A stretch of 62,152 nt of DNA, filler included, from Sphacelaria rigidula (taxonomy: Eukaryota), in the NCBI GenBank assembly GCA_964200075.2. It is 10 parts of 10 records of this genome, joined end to end, with 100 filler letters (N's around TTAATTAATTAA, not from the genome) between each part and the next. Parts side by side here need not be neighbours in the genome. Positions count along the whole stretch, not along the records: positions 1 to 6,126 come from CAXNAA020022068.1; positions 6,227 to 12,352 come from CAXNAA020022069.1; positions 12,453 to 18,578 come from CAXNAA020022070.1; 7 more parts are not named here. One strand, given 5' to 3'. The notes below the pieces were generated by a model, which saw only the letters and a list, made by a program, of their open reading frames with translations, ran no database searches and was not told the origin of the DNA. Below, piece after piece: positions 1-12,910 of this stretch; position 1 is the first letter of the stretch; the number at the start of each line of letters is the position of its first letter. A program made the translations under genes and the position numbers.

Positions 1-75
1 AAAACGGTAACCTGGTCGTCTAGCTTACGTAGTGAGTGGCGTGTTTCATAGCGTCATCGCCAACCGGCGCCAACC
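1..75 (+). repeat. Dispersed repeat shared with 30398-30473
   Basis: aaaacggtaacctggtyg-ctagcttacgyagtgagtggcgtgttt occurs on two different contigs. Confidence 0.7.
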
Positions 76-560
76 CCATCGGGGGACGGAGCAGGGGGGG
101 GGGGGGTGATATACCACGTCAAGATCATTCCTCACGGCACGGTCCTGCGGATTGAACCTGCTTCTCCCTACTACTCTCGTACTCAACCGCCTTCTTCTCC
201 ACCTTTCTGCCCACCCACCTTGATCCTCTGGAGGGATGGGGGAGGGGGAGGAGAAGTGGGGGGGGGGGGGCAGGTGCCCCCCCGCCAAAGAGCGCCAAAT
301 TAAACCTTGGCCGGACTTTTTTAATCCCGTGATGGCGGGGCTAATTNNNNNNNNNNACCTGCGGGGCACCACAGCGAGTCCGACGGGGGGGGGGGGGGGG
401 CGGAGGAGAAGGGGGGGGGGGGGGGTCAGATGCCAGCCGCTCAAGATGCGCCAACTGAAACTATGCTCGATCTTTTTGACTCGCGTGATGGCGTGGCTAA
501 TTCATGGCGTACAGGAGTGGGTGGGCAGTACTCCAACTCAATACTCGTGAGGTAGCTCAC

Positions 561-656
561 TTGTCTGGCAATTTGCACGCGGTTGCTCGGGTGCGAGGCT
601 ATGTGAGTCGCCGGCTGCGGAAGCACGAACATGTCCACTGCTCGCAAACGGAACAT
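561..656 (-). CDS. EDR2-like START/DUF1336 protein, exon (EDR2 C-terminal domain); gene is partial
   Basis: cag|...|gtgagc, 96 nt, phase 0-0; MFRLRAVDMFVLPQPATHIASHPSNRVQIARQ resembles the DUF1336 pattern 'F.L.AVD.F......HIA.HP.N.VQ'. Confidence 0.85.
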
Positions 657-972
657 CTGCGGAGACGGCGAAAACAAGAGGAAACGGAAGATAAACGGGA
701 GATCACAGGAGCAGGCAACAAGAGAAAACCAGAGGGCGCCGACGGGTGCGAACATCAAACGCGCCAAAAATAAGAAAACCAATACAGAGTGACACGTGTG
801 ATCTCCGGGTGCGTGGCTCGTTGCTCGTGGCGAACTGTGCGGCACAAAACAAAAAGGCAAGCCCGTACTACCCGGTACTATTCAACACAGTGCAATGCAA
901 GCAAGCAACGCTTGTCCACCCGTCCCGCATTATTCATCATTTGAAGGTCCTGCAAGTAGAGTTGTATGTCAC

Positions 973-1185
973 CTGCTTGGCCGACGGGACCTTGAGTCTG
1001 TTGGTCAAGTAAGAGCCCGCCCGGACGCTAAATTCTGTTCCGTTCGCCTCTGCCCACATCCTGGCATCCAGGGTGGGCGGGGGGTTGTTCTCGAGAGAGG
1101 TAAAGCATTTGGACAGCGGTTGCGGTTTTCGCCGGTCATCCTTCCTCCATGCTCCGCTAGGCTGTCTCCCCGTGGTACCAGGCTC
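973..1185 (-). CDS. EDR2-like protein, exon (linker and start of DUF1336)
   Basis: cag|...|gtgac, 213 nt, open in phase 0; ends ...MWAEANGTEFSVRAGSYLTNRLKVPSAKQ, the 'W....G..F.VRG..YL....K.P' start of DUF1336. Confidence 0.85.
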
Positions 1186-1702
1186 CTGTCATGATTTCAA
1201 TATAAAATACATGACATGTCAAGAAACGTGGCCATTCGCTGACATGACGCACATGCAATATATCTCAGCCGGAGCACGCTCCAGTAGTTTTTGCACCCCC
1301 GCTCCCCCGTAATAAAAAAATCAATTCACGCCATAACACAAGCTAAAGATGTACACATGGACGATAAGTATGCGCACATCCATCACCAACAGGAAACGAC
1401 CATGTGAGACCACCTTCACCTGGAACACGCTTAACCACGGTACATGACACAAAACACATGCCCATACTAGACCCCTTCTCATCGTCCCACGTCCAGTTCT
1501 GTGAATACGCTGCGCAGATGGTCCCCCCCTCTCACCCCGCCTGATGCCGTGGCAAACAACATCTCTTTTGCTCGGAAGCTTGAGCGCGCCTCCAGAGTTT
1601 CTTGTATACACACGTTTGAGGACGGAAGGATGACATTGCCTGACTTGCAAGCCGTATTTCTACAACCAGTCCCGTTGCCGACCGCCCCTAGCAGCCGCTC
1701 AC

Positions 1703-1939
1703 CTGTGACCCCGGAGCGCCCAGCACCTCGAACAGGAACGGTCCTCCGTCCTCTGTGGCGTGGTTTCCCACTCCGATGGAGCTGCAGCTGGAGGGAGAGT
1801 CTGGTCGTAAGCTGATTCGCGGCACCGTAAATCGCTCTGCTTCGATCACATTGCGCACCTCGAGCACATGCATCAGGAGGTGCGACGTATACCGTTCTCG
1901 GAAACCGAGGCTGCTCAAGACCCATCCCTTGGGATCGAC
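1703..1939 (-). CDS. EDR2-like protein, exon (end of START domain)
   Basis: tag|...|gtgagc, 237 nt; begins VDPKGWVLSSLGFRERY, the START 'VDPKGW' motif. Confidence 0.8.
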
Positions 1940-2750
1940 CTAGATGAACCCCCCAACAGCACAGCACAGCACAGCACAGCACCGAGAACAATTACAGAGA
2001 CGTGATGACGGACAATCACGACCGAAGATCTGGGAAGCCTGGCCACGGAAACAGAGGTTTAAGCTTGGAATGAGACACCAGTGTAAGTTCGCACCACGAG
2101 CTCAACACGTACTGTTATACTACTATTATGGGAAAAACAAGAACACAGAGTTATGAAGTTCAAAAAGTGCGTGTCACATTGAGCACATTTTCCACACATG
2201 AATCAGCGCCACTGCTGGCATGGCCACTGCCATCACGTGAACGAGCCCAGCAGGGGGCAACCGCGGACGGGGAGCACCATCTCTCAGTCGTCGCATACAC
2301 GTGACGCCACCACGCCCTTGTGCTCTAGCTGGTCGTGTACGCCGATACCCACGTAGGGCACAAGATGGCAGCTTCGGATCCCTACAGACATGTTTAATCG
2401 TCGGACAAAAATCTAGTCTCCATCATCGAAAAGGTGAAACCACGTGAAAAAGAGAACAAAATTTTCAAAGTCCATATGGTGCGGGGGGGCACTGATCAAA
2501 CCACCACCAAAAAGTCCAGCATGTGCATGTAACGGAGGAGATATGGCTTCACACCCTCGAAAATGGCAATAAATTACACTGTCAAAAAGTGTGGAATCCG
2601 TTGTCCAATGCAATGGACGCAATAGTCGATATTGCATGCAGTACACTTTCTGACTGCAATCTATCATTGTCATTGCCCATCCACCAAGACTGCGGACTTA
2701 TGCCGAGGAAGTGTGGCGGTTAAGGAGTACGGCTGGGAACAAAAAAGCAC

Positions 2751-2845
2751 CTGTGCGTGACAGGCCAAGAGGCACTCCGCATGCGAGTCGGCGCCAGGCA
2801 TAGAGTCTCTTCGCGGGGAGATGGTGTAGACCACGTGCATTTCTC
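2751..2845 (-). CDS. EDR2-like protein, exon (START domain)
   Basis: cag|...|gtgc, 95 nt, phase 1-0; (G)EMHVVYTISPRRDSMPGADSHAECLLACHAQ joins both neighbouring exons in frame. Confidence 0.8.
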
Positions 2846-4123
2846 CTGGTTTAGAAAAGACAAGAAAAAAAACATGAGTTGAGAGTCACGAACATGACGC
2901 AAGCAATGAAATGGAGTTGAGCCTTGGTGCGGAGAGGTTTCTCTATTCCGTGATAAGTGACACAACCACGTTTCCCGTCATGATGACAACGCAAAATGTT
3001 GAGATACACACAAACATGACCCATGACGTTCATGAACGACATATTCATGACAAAAAGCAGGGGACATATATGTGGCGCAAATATGACTGCATGAAAGCAT
3101 GAAAGCAGAATTTCGCGCAGTTCTCGTCAGAATTTTCGCAACATCGAACATGATATTTTTTCGGCACTTCAAGGAGTAATTCCTCGCGAATTGATCGCGA
3201 GTCGCGCTAATCAATGCTCGCGTATTGGTGAATCCACGGATATGCCAATGATGTGTGCACGTAGGCTGATTCCAAGAGCCGCCGTGGAAGCGCAGGTACC
3301 CTGTCGGCACCCGCTTCGCAACCTCCTGGCCGCGATCCTCTCCCGGGATCGTTGCGTGGGTGCTTACTTTGCACTTCCTGAATGTTCCTTCCAGGAGCAG
3401 TATTACTGCAGCTCCTTGCAACGCAGCATGACGCCGTTTCGTATCAAGAGTCCGTGAAACTTTCCTGAGCTTCCTGTGTGAGTCGACTCTGCTGCTGCCT
3501 CTGCCCCTGGTCCTGGCCCTGCCGTTGCCTACCCTGCATCTAAGGCAGACGTCGATAAAGCACCCCTGCTCCCACGGCTCTCTAGGAAGCAGTCAGAGTG
3601 ATTTCCACCGAGCTGTGGCTCGAGAGACTACAACCACTCTCGTCACCATTACCACTGCTTATATTGGTACTGTACGTCACCAGGGATGACGACATTGCGA
3701 CAGTGGTGAGCTGGCCACCACCCCCTACGTGTGCACGAACACCATGAAGCGTGTGTCGTGCGCACCTTAGAAAACTTACATCCGCACATTTGCCGCGAAC
3801 CAACTGTGTATTGATGATCGTGGCCCAACAATGAAAAGCAACTCTTCATGACAAACGTGACAATTCTGCGCGACAGATGGGAGCTTCATACCGTCATTTC
3901 AATATCTGAAAGGACTTACGAATGTGACAGCACGCCAACATATGACAGAACGTGCTCGTCTCGTGTTTCCATATAGGGTGTGCAATATCCCAGGGATGAA
4001 ACACGTGTATCATGAACGCATCCAATCCACGTCAGCGGTTTACAGGGGGCGAGCTCTAACCGCGCAATGCTACCCCAATGCTACTCCAAAACATCAGACA
4101 AGACCTTCGTGTGCGCCACTCAC

Positions 4124-4215
4124 CTCTCACGAAGCCAGGGGCCACGGGGCACAAAGGATGCTCCATGCTCGAAAGGCAGACGATGTAACATCCATCCTCT
4201 GCCATATGCCAGTAT
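4124..4215 (-). CDS. EDR2-like protein, exon (START domain)
   Basis: tag|...|gtgagt, phase 2-1; (R)YWHMAEDGCYIVCLSSMEHPLCPVAPGFVR matches the START pattern 'RYW...DG.Y.V...S..H..CP...G.VR'. Confidence 0.88.
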
Positions 4216-4719
4216 CTAATCGGATGGCAACGCGACCGCGAAAAGAGAGCGAACGCCAGCGGACGAATCGAAGGGGGAAGGGGGGTACTCATCTTCCACA
4301 GTGTCACCGAGTAGTGCGCCAAGGTCCCGACAGTGTATCGAATACTCCCCATCGCAGGAATGAAAAAAAAAAGACAACAGGAAGACATGATGCAAGACGG
4401 TAAAAAGTCGCCACACCGTACTTGTACCCTTCTAGTGCACCATGCCATGTGAAAGTATCAAAGCAGCAGTCACACCACAAGTGCCGTCCAGTACAAATCA
4501 GCATGTCGACATCAACAGCTTCAAAAGCCGAGAAACCAGGCCCTCCTTTACCTGCAACGACTGAAATTGCCCGGGGAGATCATTATAGCTACTTGTGCAG
4601 ATTTCAAGCGGCCATATACTGTACTGTCTGGTGTCGTGGCGGTTAACCCGACCACACTAAAACCACTCAGATATGTACAGCGCGCTCCACGTTCCACGCC
4701 ACAGAATGCCTCCATGTAC

Positions 4720-4951
4720 CTGGCAAGACAAAAGTCTCGAGGCGCCGCCCACGCGAGCTTGAGCCAAGCTGGTCGCGCGCACATTCTAACAACGTCAGAG
4801 TGATCGTCCATTGATTGAACAGGAATAATGCCCGAAATCACCGAGCTCATGGCATTCCTCGGTGCTCCCACCAGCGCAACGAACGTTTCCAAGGGGCTCG
4901 CTCGTACCTGAGATTTCATTCGGAACGTGCGAGAATTTCTGCTGAGAATAC
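4720..4951 (-). CDS. EDR2-like protein, exon (START domain)
   Basis: tag|...|gtacat, phase 1-2; ...MKSQVRASPLETFVALV...VQSMDDHSDVV...WAAPRDFCLAR contains the START 'PRDF' motif. Upstream exons not resolved. Confidence 0.85.
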
Positions 4952-6126
4952 CTATGGGGGGGGGGGGGCGTTGTACGTGCATCGATTATCATGATAACCT
5001 GAAGGAAAAAAATACGTATTGATGCGCGAAGCATTTTCCAGCCACCTCTTCGAGCAAACACGTATTTGAACCGTCCAAATTGTTGCATGTTACGGCACAG
5101 TACAGGATCGCGATTATCCTACAACGGCAGGCACGTCGCTGGTGCGCGGAGACATGGTCACCATGAGGGAGACGCTGGACCCTGACTCTACCAAATAAAG
5201 CATCCACCGCTGAACGACAACATTGCCCCTGCAACCCCTGTTCGGGGAGGCGCGGGGTCTTTCGGTAACGGTGGTTGGGGGTAGTGGTTCAAACCATCCA
5301 CGAAGCGTCGGGAGTTGACGCACCATGTAACAACAACATTGTCGTGGACCCACCCACCAACAAGCGCTACTTCAAACAACGGGATCCTATTTTGCAGAAG
5401 ATAAAGTGGCACCCCATGGTTAACCGCCGCCTTCTCCAGCACAGAAGACACATGCAGTATGCACTTCCGTCAATAGACAGGTTGGACAGAGGGCTCTGAA
5501 CGAACAAATGACAGCTTGTAAACTGTAAACGAAGCCAGTCCAAGTTTTTTTCACGAGCGCGGGGAGTGTACTATATCCCAACCTGGACAGTAGAGTATGT
5601 GGTCGTTAGTTGCAATAGGCCTGTACTTGACGCAATACGTTTTTTTTATTGCAACTATTGACCGCATGTTGTCCTGGGTGTTGGGTGTACACATCGTGGC
5701 GGCATGATACGCCCCGGTAGCGTTTGGAGCACTTCAAGGGCGATCGACGCTTCTCCTTCGGGTCTCTCAAGCCCTCTTCGAACTTGTCTGCAAAAATAAA
5801 ACCACATCGCCAGGGTAGCGGCCCAAGTGCTGCTGCGATACCTTGACCGGGATTGGGATGTCCTTGGGCACAAGACATTTCCGAAAAAAGAAACGTGTTT
5901 TTTATTCAAGTTGAGCGCATCGTCGAGTTGGTCACCAAAAACGACATGGTGACGGGATAGAAGCACCTGGAAACACTGCAGGTGCCAACTTTGGGTGACC
6001 CCTCTTTTCACCTTCCACCACTTTGCACCACGACGGGAATGGGGGGGGGGGGGGGGGGGGGGGGGCCGAGCGCACAGGGGGGAGGCCCGCCCCGGCCCCC
6101 CCCCCCCACACCACACCTGTTTCGGT

Positions 6127-6226
6127 NNNNNNNNNNNNNNNNNNNNNNNNNNNNNNNNNNNNNNNNNNNNTTAATTAATTAANNNNNNNNNNNNNNNNNN
6201 NNNNNNNNNNNNNNNNNNNNNNNNNN
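6127..6226. other. Artificial contig linker
   Basis: N44-TTAATTAATTAA-N44 (stops in all six frames). Confidence 0.99.
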
Positions 6227-6392
6227 AGGAAGAAAACGCCGCCCACAAAATGGTGGGCGCCTTCCAAGGCCAAAGAAAGAAAACATGGGGGAAAGAAGCG
6301 GCCCCAAAACCCCCCCCCCCCCCCCTATCGTAGTGCTCCGTCTCGTAAGGCAAGCAACAAATGAGTACGCCCCCCTATCGTAGCATGACTCG

Positions 6393-7061
6393 TTTCGGGA
6401 ATTGATAGGGTCACTGATGTGGCTGGCAACTCAAACGAGGCCAGATATATCTAACGTAGTACGCGCAGTAGCGAGGTACTGTGCCTCACCTTAACACCTT
6501 TATTGGCGTGCTGTGCTTGGTATTTTGGGGTACGTTAGGCGAACAAGTTCGCTAGGGATTTTTTTTCGCAGAGGAAGTATACCGGGATTGAGCTTGTATG
6601 TGTTTGCAGACGCAGACTATGCAAGTGAGGCAGCTGATAGGCAGTCGGTATCAGGAGGGCTGGTAATGTGTGGAGGTGGATGTGTGTCTTGGTTTTCAAA
6701 GACTCAGAAGTGTGTGACACTGTCGACAACGGAAGCAGAGTACGTTGCCATGACAGATATTCTGAAGGAGGTATTGTTTTTGGGACAGGTTTGGCGTTTC
6801 ATGTTGCCACAGATGGGAATGCCATGCATCCCGGTGTTTGAGGATAATCAGGGAGCTATTCAGTTGGCAAAGAACCCAATCACAAACTCCAACCCCAAGC
6901 ACATCGACGTACGGCATCATTTTATCAGGGAGTTGGTTGGGAGGAATGAGGTTTCGGTTATTCACGTGAGATCGAAGTATCAACATGAAGATTTCCTCAC
7001 ATAAGTGTTGCCGACAGAGTCTTTTGAGCATCACCGTAATATTGTCATGAACATCATGTAG
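6393..7061 (+). mobile_element. Ty1/Copia retrotransposon pol remnant (RT C-terminus + RNase H), pseudogenised
   Basis: FRELIGSLMWLATQTRPDI..., FADADYA, SWFSKTQKCVTLSTTEAEY, EDNQGAI and KHIDVRHHFIRE are canonical Copia RT/RNase HI motifs; in-frame TAA stops at 6492 and 7002. Confidence 0.95.
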
Positions 7062-7786
7062 AGTCTGCAAGACACTGGTACATTGGTTTGGTTTGAGCTG
7101 GTTTGATTTGTTTTCGGGGACATTCACCCACCCCGGGAAAGTAGGGGTACGAGGCCATGGTTGCAATATTTTCAATTTTGCAATGAATTATTTTTTCTTC
7201 GACGGTTACGACCGGATTTGATTTTGGGTTGCAGACAAAATATTTTTCAATGGCTTTTGGTGCTTGATTTCGGTGTTCGACGGGTACGACCGGATTTGAT
7301 TTTTTGTTGCAGACAAAATATGTTCCATTGGTTTTTGGTGATGGAATTCGGGTGCCACAAAAGTTGCCATAGCAAATATCGGAAACTGGACTGGTTTTCG
7401 ACTTTGCGTTTGGTTGACGATTTTTTCTATTTTTGTTGAATATGTCTCTGGGATTTTTTTGACATTTTGGTTTGCGAGGATTTGAGTTTTTTAATTCGAT
7501 TTTTTTTCAGTACTAAAAGGCGTGATGGGATGGATGAATAGCATGAGTATGTCGTGATATATTGAGGAATAGTACTAAAGGGAGGAATTTCAGTTTGCTA
7601 CGTAGATGTCATTACCAATTGTCAGTACATGGGTGGGACGATTTTTTGTGCTTGATAATATAGCATTGAATATTGTCCAGTAGGGTTTGAGACAGGAGTA
7701 GAATTAGCCCGTGAGTAGGAGGGCTACTCTAATATGAGAGTATGAGACTTGGGAATTGAGTAGAGTTGAGCCGTGAGTAGGAGGGC

Positions 7787-8359
7787 TAATCGAATACACT
7801 CACACTCAATGATGGATGCATGTACTCAGGCCTGGAAACTTGGGAAATGGATATTGTGGTTGGATTATGATATATGGGTGAAGGGGAAATAAGCAATACC
7901 GTTCTGTTATTAAGGGTATACCCGATTTGTTGGTTGCAGCAAGAATCCGCTGAGGAGGCACACGCAATCGCGTGGCTAAGGAATTAGGTTCTGACGTGTT
8001 GATTTTGTACATGAATGGCTCTTCACGATCGACCACCCCCCTTTTTGGCAGTGCACTTTCCTGGGTTTTTACGTTTTGGGTGGAGAGTATAATATACATT
8101 TATCAACAAGGGAATCAATTCGACAACATAGGTACCACGGCCTTTTCTTACACATAGACCCCAGCGCTGAGTAGGAGATTCAGCCCTTATCCTGTAGCAC
8201 AATCAATCTCATAGGGATCTATCGTAGTGTAGGTACTCTTCTTCGTGCCGATGTTTAGTTTCTTGCCTTCCTCTGGGGGCTGCTTGATCTAGGGGTATGG
8301 ACGGCATGCTCCTAGCTTGCCGACTCTTACGGGAGTGTGTAGAATTTCATTCTGCAATA
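7787..8359 (+). mobile_element. Putative 3' LTR of the Copia element (boundaries tentative)
   Basis: Lies downstream of pol, right after the purine-rich GAGTAGGAGGG (PPT-like); TATA-like tataatata near 8088; no second LTR available to confirm ends. Confidence 0.35.
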
Positions 8360-11300
8360 ATCTTACATGACTTTTTTCAATTTTTATTTGCCGTTGTTGT
8401 GTATTTTGTGCCCGTTGCACTCTGTGACCACGGGTTCGAAAGATTGAGCTAATGTGACGAGCTTAAGAATAGTAATAATGACGAGGAGCGGCCTGAAGAC
8501 GTTGTTTTGCTTTCCCCAAAAGTACTTTGGAGATTTCGGAAAATAAAATAGACCCGTTAACAAAAATGAATACTCTTTACATCCTGAAGATTCAGCAACG
8601 GCCATACACACCACCAATAAACAGGAGCAAAAATTTCCCGCAATTTTTATTTTTTCGACTTCAGTCCGTTGTCTCGAATTCGTCGTTCCCTTACCCGACC
8701 CTCTCCTCTCACACGACATATACCTCCGCTCACGAGCGCTTCTGGTCAATCTCACAAAGGCTACACAACTCACCAGACTACTTGGTCAGGGAGACTTCGA
8801 GGCGCCCGCGGATTAGCGAGGTATGGTGAATTGATCACAGGGCAAGATGCCCTTCATTGATGGAAGGGCTCAAGAAAAATAGATGACTTCTTCATAGATG
8901 ATGGAAGTGTTGCCGCGTGTGGTCTGTTCCCCGCCGTGCACCTGGGTGCTCATGTACTAATACTGTCTGTGCGCCTTACTGCACCATGTTGTATCGTCTA
9001 TTTCGGAGCCTGAGGTGGACAAACTGAACCTTCGTCTACGAATCGAGCGATGCTCGCTCACGTCAACAACTGAAGCTAGAAACTGAACACGATCGACAGT
9101 TTGGCGGTCCGCCGTGCTTACTCTCTTGTTTCCGCTCCTGGCGTAAGTGCCCGATCAATCTCTCGAGAGACTTTTGGCGTTGCGGGTTGGATTCGATTCA
9201 GTTTTTGCCCCTCGCCACTTTATAATGCTCGGCACACGAAATGTGTACCATCAAATATTATTGGAGAATTTCCGGGGGGGGTTACATTTGAGTACAAATA
9301 ACTAGAAATATCCGAGTCCGTGAAACACAGTGATTCCGGATAGAGTTGGCGCGGTTTTCTCCTCCCTGAACTACTGCGAGTCGTACAACCATGTGGAATT
9401 ATCGACAACGGCATGCATCCGCTTGCGGTGGACTCTGGTCGCCTGATCCATGGTGTGCACCCACGGGACAAATTATAATAAGCACACACGATAATACGGT
9501 GACTTTGTAGCAGAGCCCGATAACTGCCGACAACAGTTTTGCTCTTCTTTGTGGATTATCAGGTTCGCCAATGAACCGACTCCCGTGTTGAGCATCCTGA
9601 GCAATCATGGGCATATTGACCGGCAACGTTCCCTTGGTCTACCGCACCGAGGTTGCGTACCGTGAGCGGCGACAGTTTAGAGTAGTACAGCAGTTGCTCG
9701 GCCTAATTCTTGACTGCATGTATAACCGTTTGGTCGCGCAGCGATTTTTGTGCTTCCGATATATGCTACTGTTGTGTAGTGTACTGATCCTTGTACATGG
9801 TTATGGTTCTCCCACTACTGTAGGCATCGGCATCGTTTTGACGTGAAAAATAAATGCACGACTCCGATAGCACACCCCAGCGGTCAAATGGATGATCTCA
9901 TTTTGTATTGTCGAGAATATTCGCCCCTCCTTACTGCTACATAAGACACCCATACTCATGGTTGCGCGCCCATGATTGGCTCGATCAGCCAAACACACCA
10001 TGAAACGCTCTTTCAATAGCAACTCCCCGTCTTCCTTTTCATGATGTAGGTGATAGATTCTTGCAGGGACAGCTCTGTTGGTTTTTTCTTGTTACATTAT
10101 CCACCTGTGAAGAAGATATTTATGGAGGAAACGATCACTTCATGCTAAACAGCACTAGGCCTTTGCTCCGTGGGCTATCTTGGGCCAAAAATATGTGCTT
10201 TTCGGTCTTGATCCTCAGATCACGATTCGGGTAGTCCATCTGGATCACGCATACTTTTTTCAAATGAAGTTGATGCCGATTCAGCAGGTGACCTACAGCC
10301 TCGCGGTCAAACGGTTAACGCTTCGACCGCGATGGGGGTGATACATGTGGATCATGCAAACTTTTCAAGTGAAATTGATGCCGATTCCGTGACCCAACCT
10401 CGCGGTCACATACTTGAAGCGAGTACGGAGCTAAGGCCTGTGACAGCACAGCAGTACTGATTTTCGGGGGTGCACACACACTCCAAATTTAGAAACGGAA
10501 ACGAACAAACGCGATGGGGGGGGGGGGGCACCCACGTGATTGATTAAGGAAGGTATATATAATACTCGAAAGTGTGAATTTGATAGCGTGTAAAAAGGTG
10601 GCAAAAACGGACCCCCGTTTTTGTTGAAAACACCCCCCAAGTATCCGCTCTTCACTACTTTTCACCTGTGAGAACGATATCAACTTCGTACCCAATTGAA
10701 ACCCGACAGGTTGGAAAGACAAACCCCCGACAGGTTTGAACGGAAAAGCCATGGCCAGGAAAAGCACGCTGATCGTTATCTACGCTACGGTGACAATGGC
10801 CATTGAAGTAGCGCAACCGCTGCCGCCGATTGGCTTGCGAGGAGCCCCCCGGTTGGCTGTATCTGTGCCGGTGAGTGGTTGTACGTGCGAGCTCTAAGTT
10901 GTTGGGTGTACTGTATGCTCGTGAACAGGGGACTCTCAGGGCAGGTGATGTGGGCCTGAAAGGGTCACGTCTGACCACTGGGGTGGGTGATTCGGCAGAT
11001 CACCTTGACAAATCTTCGGGAGTTTCGGTGATGTGATCACGACGACATGGGTGGCTGTGTCGAACAAATACACGCCTGGAGAAGGTCTGGTACTTTCACA
11101 ACTGTTGTTGGTGCTTTCACCTCACTATTGGGTCTTTCATGTGCGTGAGTGGGCGTTGCTCATGAGCACGAGCACGGCGATCCCTCTCGGCGTAAGTCAG
11201 TATCGCTGAGCGACCTTCGTCCAATCTAGACGTACGGTTGATCGTTGCATACTAACGGATCCCTGGGGGTACCCAGCCGTGGTCAGACGGTAAGCGTGCC

Positions 11301-11441
11301 GAAGGAGAGTTTAGACCGGGTCCTCATCACTGGTTAGTGGGTGCCCGTTCCCAAAACTTGTTACTTGTATTCCCCAAAAATCCAGTGGGTTGTTGCGGCA
11401 GCTGTGTCTAAGTAAGTGTGGATGCCGGTGAAGCAGCATTC

Positions 11442-11867
11442 AACGGTGGATTCTCGAAGATAGGGTTGAAAAAATAAATGAGGTTCAACTCAAAAGCCTT
11501 TCCCTGACCTAAATTTATTACAAAATGACTTTCATTTCATACGGACTTCATCCCTCCCCACCTCCGTGAGACTATCTTGGGGGGTTTCTAGCCTTCTGTC
11601 CTCCCAAAGGGTAAGTTCGAAATCACGATTTTTGGGCCAAAATACATCCTATTTTCAACCCGAAATCGATGCAAAAGTGTGCTTTCGCACGTACCCTCTG
11701 AGGGAACGAAAGGTCAGAAATCCCCCGAAATAGTTGTAGGGAGGTCGTCGGGAGGGATGAGATCTTCCGTGTGAAAGTCATTTGCCACGAATTTATGTTA
11801 GGGAAAGCATGGCTTTTGAGTTGAACCTGTTTTTTGTTTTCAACCCCATTTTCGAGAATCCACTGTT
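11442..11867. mobile_element. Foldback/MITE-like element with long imperfect inverted arms; a second terminus at 37158-37253
   Basis: Left aacggtggattctcgaagatagggttgaaaa...ggttcaactcaaaagcc mirrors right ggcttttgagttgaacc...ttttcaaccccattttcgagaatccactgtt; arms extend about 180-190 bp; same end found on contig 6. Confidence 0.8.
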
Positions 11868-12035
11868 TGTGTGGGTGCAGGTTAAAACCGGTCTTGCCTT
11901 TCTCTGTGTACAGAACGAATTGCTAGTATATTTTTGTCTTCTGTGAACACCTTGGCCGTGAGGACAGTCTTATCTGTGTGCCCTCATAAGGTTTCAAGGA
12001 AAATTGATGCCGATACAGCAGATGACCTATGATAA

Positions 12036-12237
12036 GTATCTCAAACTCGGCTCCCGGTATCCTGGTTTGTTTTGTTCTATATTTTTAAGTGAAAGTGATG
12101 GCGATTCATCAGATGGTGAGACCCTTTGACCGCCAGGTCAGGTCCTCTTATGAATCGCAATCACTTTCACTTGAGAAATAGTACACAACTCGAAGCCAGC
12201 GAATGAACTAGGATACCGGGAGCCGAGTTTGAGATAC
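12036..12237. repeat. Inverted repeat (arms 12036-12109 and 12150-12237)
   Basis: gtatctcaaactcggctcccggtatcct and aagtgaaagtgat-gcgattcat occur on both arms in opposite orientation. Confidence 0.85.
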
Positions 12238-12352
12238 CTCTACAGGCTGGGCCGGCCAAGACGACAGTTTGTGGTCGACAGACAACAGCGTTTTCGTGAG
12301 ATTGAGAGTAGATGATACGATTGAGAGTGGCTCTGATCATTCGCTTCAAGTG

Positions 12353-12452
12353 NNNNNNNNNNNNNNNNNNNNNNNNNNNNNNNNNNNNNNNNNNNNTTAA
12401 TTAATTAANNNNNNNNNNNNNNNNNNNNNNNNNNNNNNNNNNNNNNNNNNNN
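12353..12452. other. Artificial contig linker
   Basis: N44-TTAATTAATTAA-N44. Confidence 0.99.
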
Positions 12453-12557
12453 AGGTTGGTCTACCGTTCACAGCGATATGTTCGAGTCGAGCTGATTTGG
12501 TAAACTTGACGAGTTCTGGTTAGAGATGCAAATGCGAGATATACTGCTGGTCCAGCT

Positions 12558-12910
12558 CATACACGTTTCCTACATTCCATTCGTATGATACGAAGCATGG
12601 GTGCATGTTTCCCACCTTCCATTCGTGCGGTATGAATTATCGGTACATGTTTCCCAATTTCCTTTCATACAGCATGAATCATAGGCACACGTTCCCCACC
12701 TTCCATACATACGCCATGAATCACAGGTACACGCTTCTCCCCTTTCATCAGTGCAGCGTGAAACATGGACACATGTTTCCCACCTTCCATGCACACGAGG
12801 TGATGCAGGCTTACCTGTATTTCCCCGTTCATTCACGCAGCATGAGTCATAGACACATGTTCCTCACCTTCCGTTCATACGAGGTAAATCATGCATACAT
12901 GTTCCCACCT
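12558..12910 (+). repeat. Degenerate 42-bp minisatellite, block 1 (about 8 units)
   Basis: Unit register at 12604, 12646, 12688, 12730, 12772, 12814, 12856, 12898; translates as 14-aa repeats like MFPTFHSCGMNYRY. Confidence 0.9.

Noticed and set aside
230..505. Apparent tandem duplication and G-quadruplex-like tracts around the 10-N gap at 347-356
   Set aside because: 271-346 looks like a corrupted copy of 427-502 after a poly-G run, consistent with a low-quality scaffold overlap.
5100..5970. Possible further upstream exons of the EDR2-like gene
   Set aside because: Acceptor-like sites exist near 5788 and 5967, but donors and phases could not be fixed and no domain motif was recognised.
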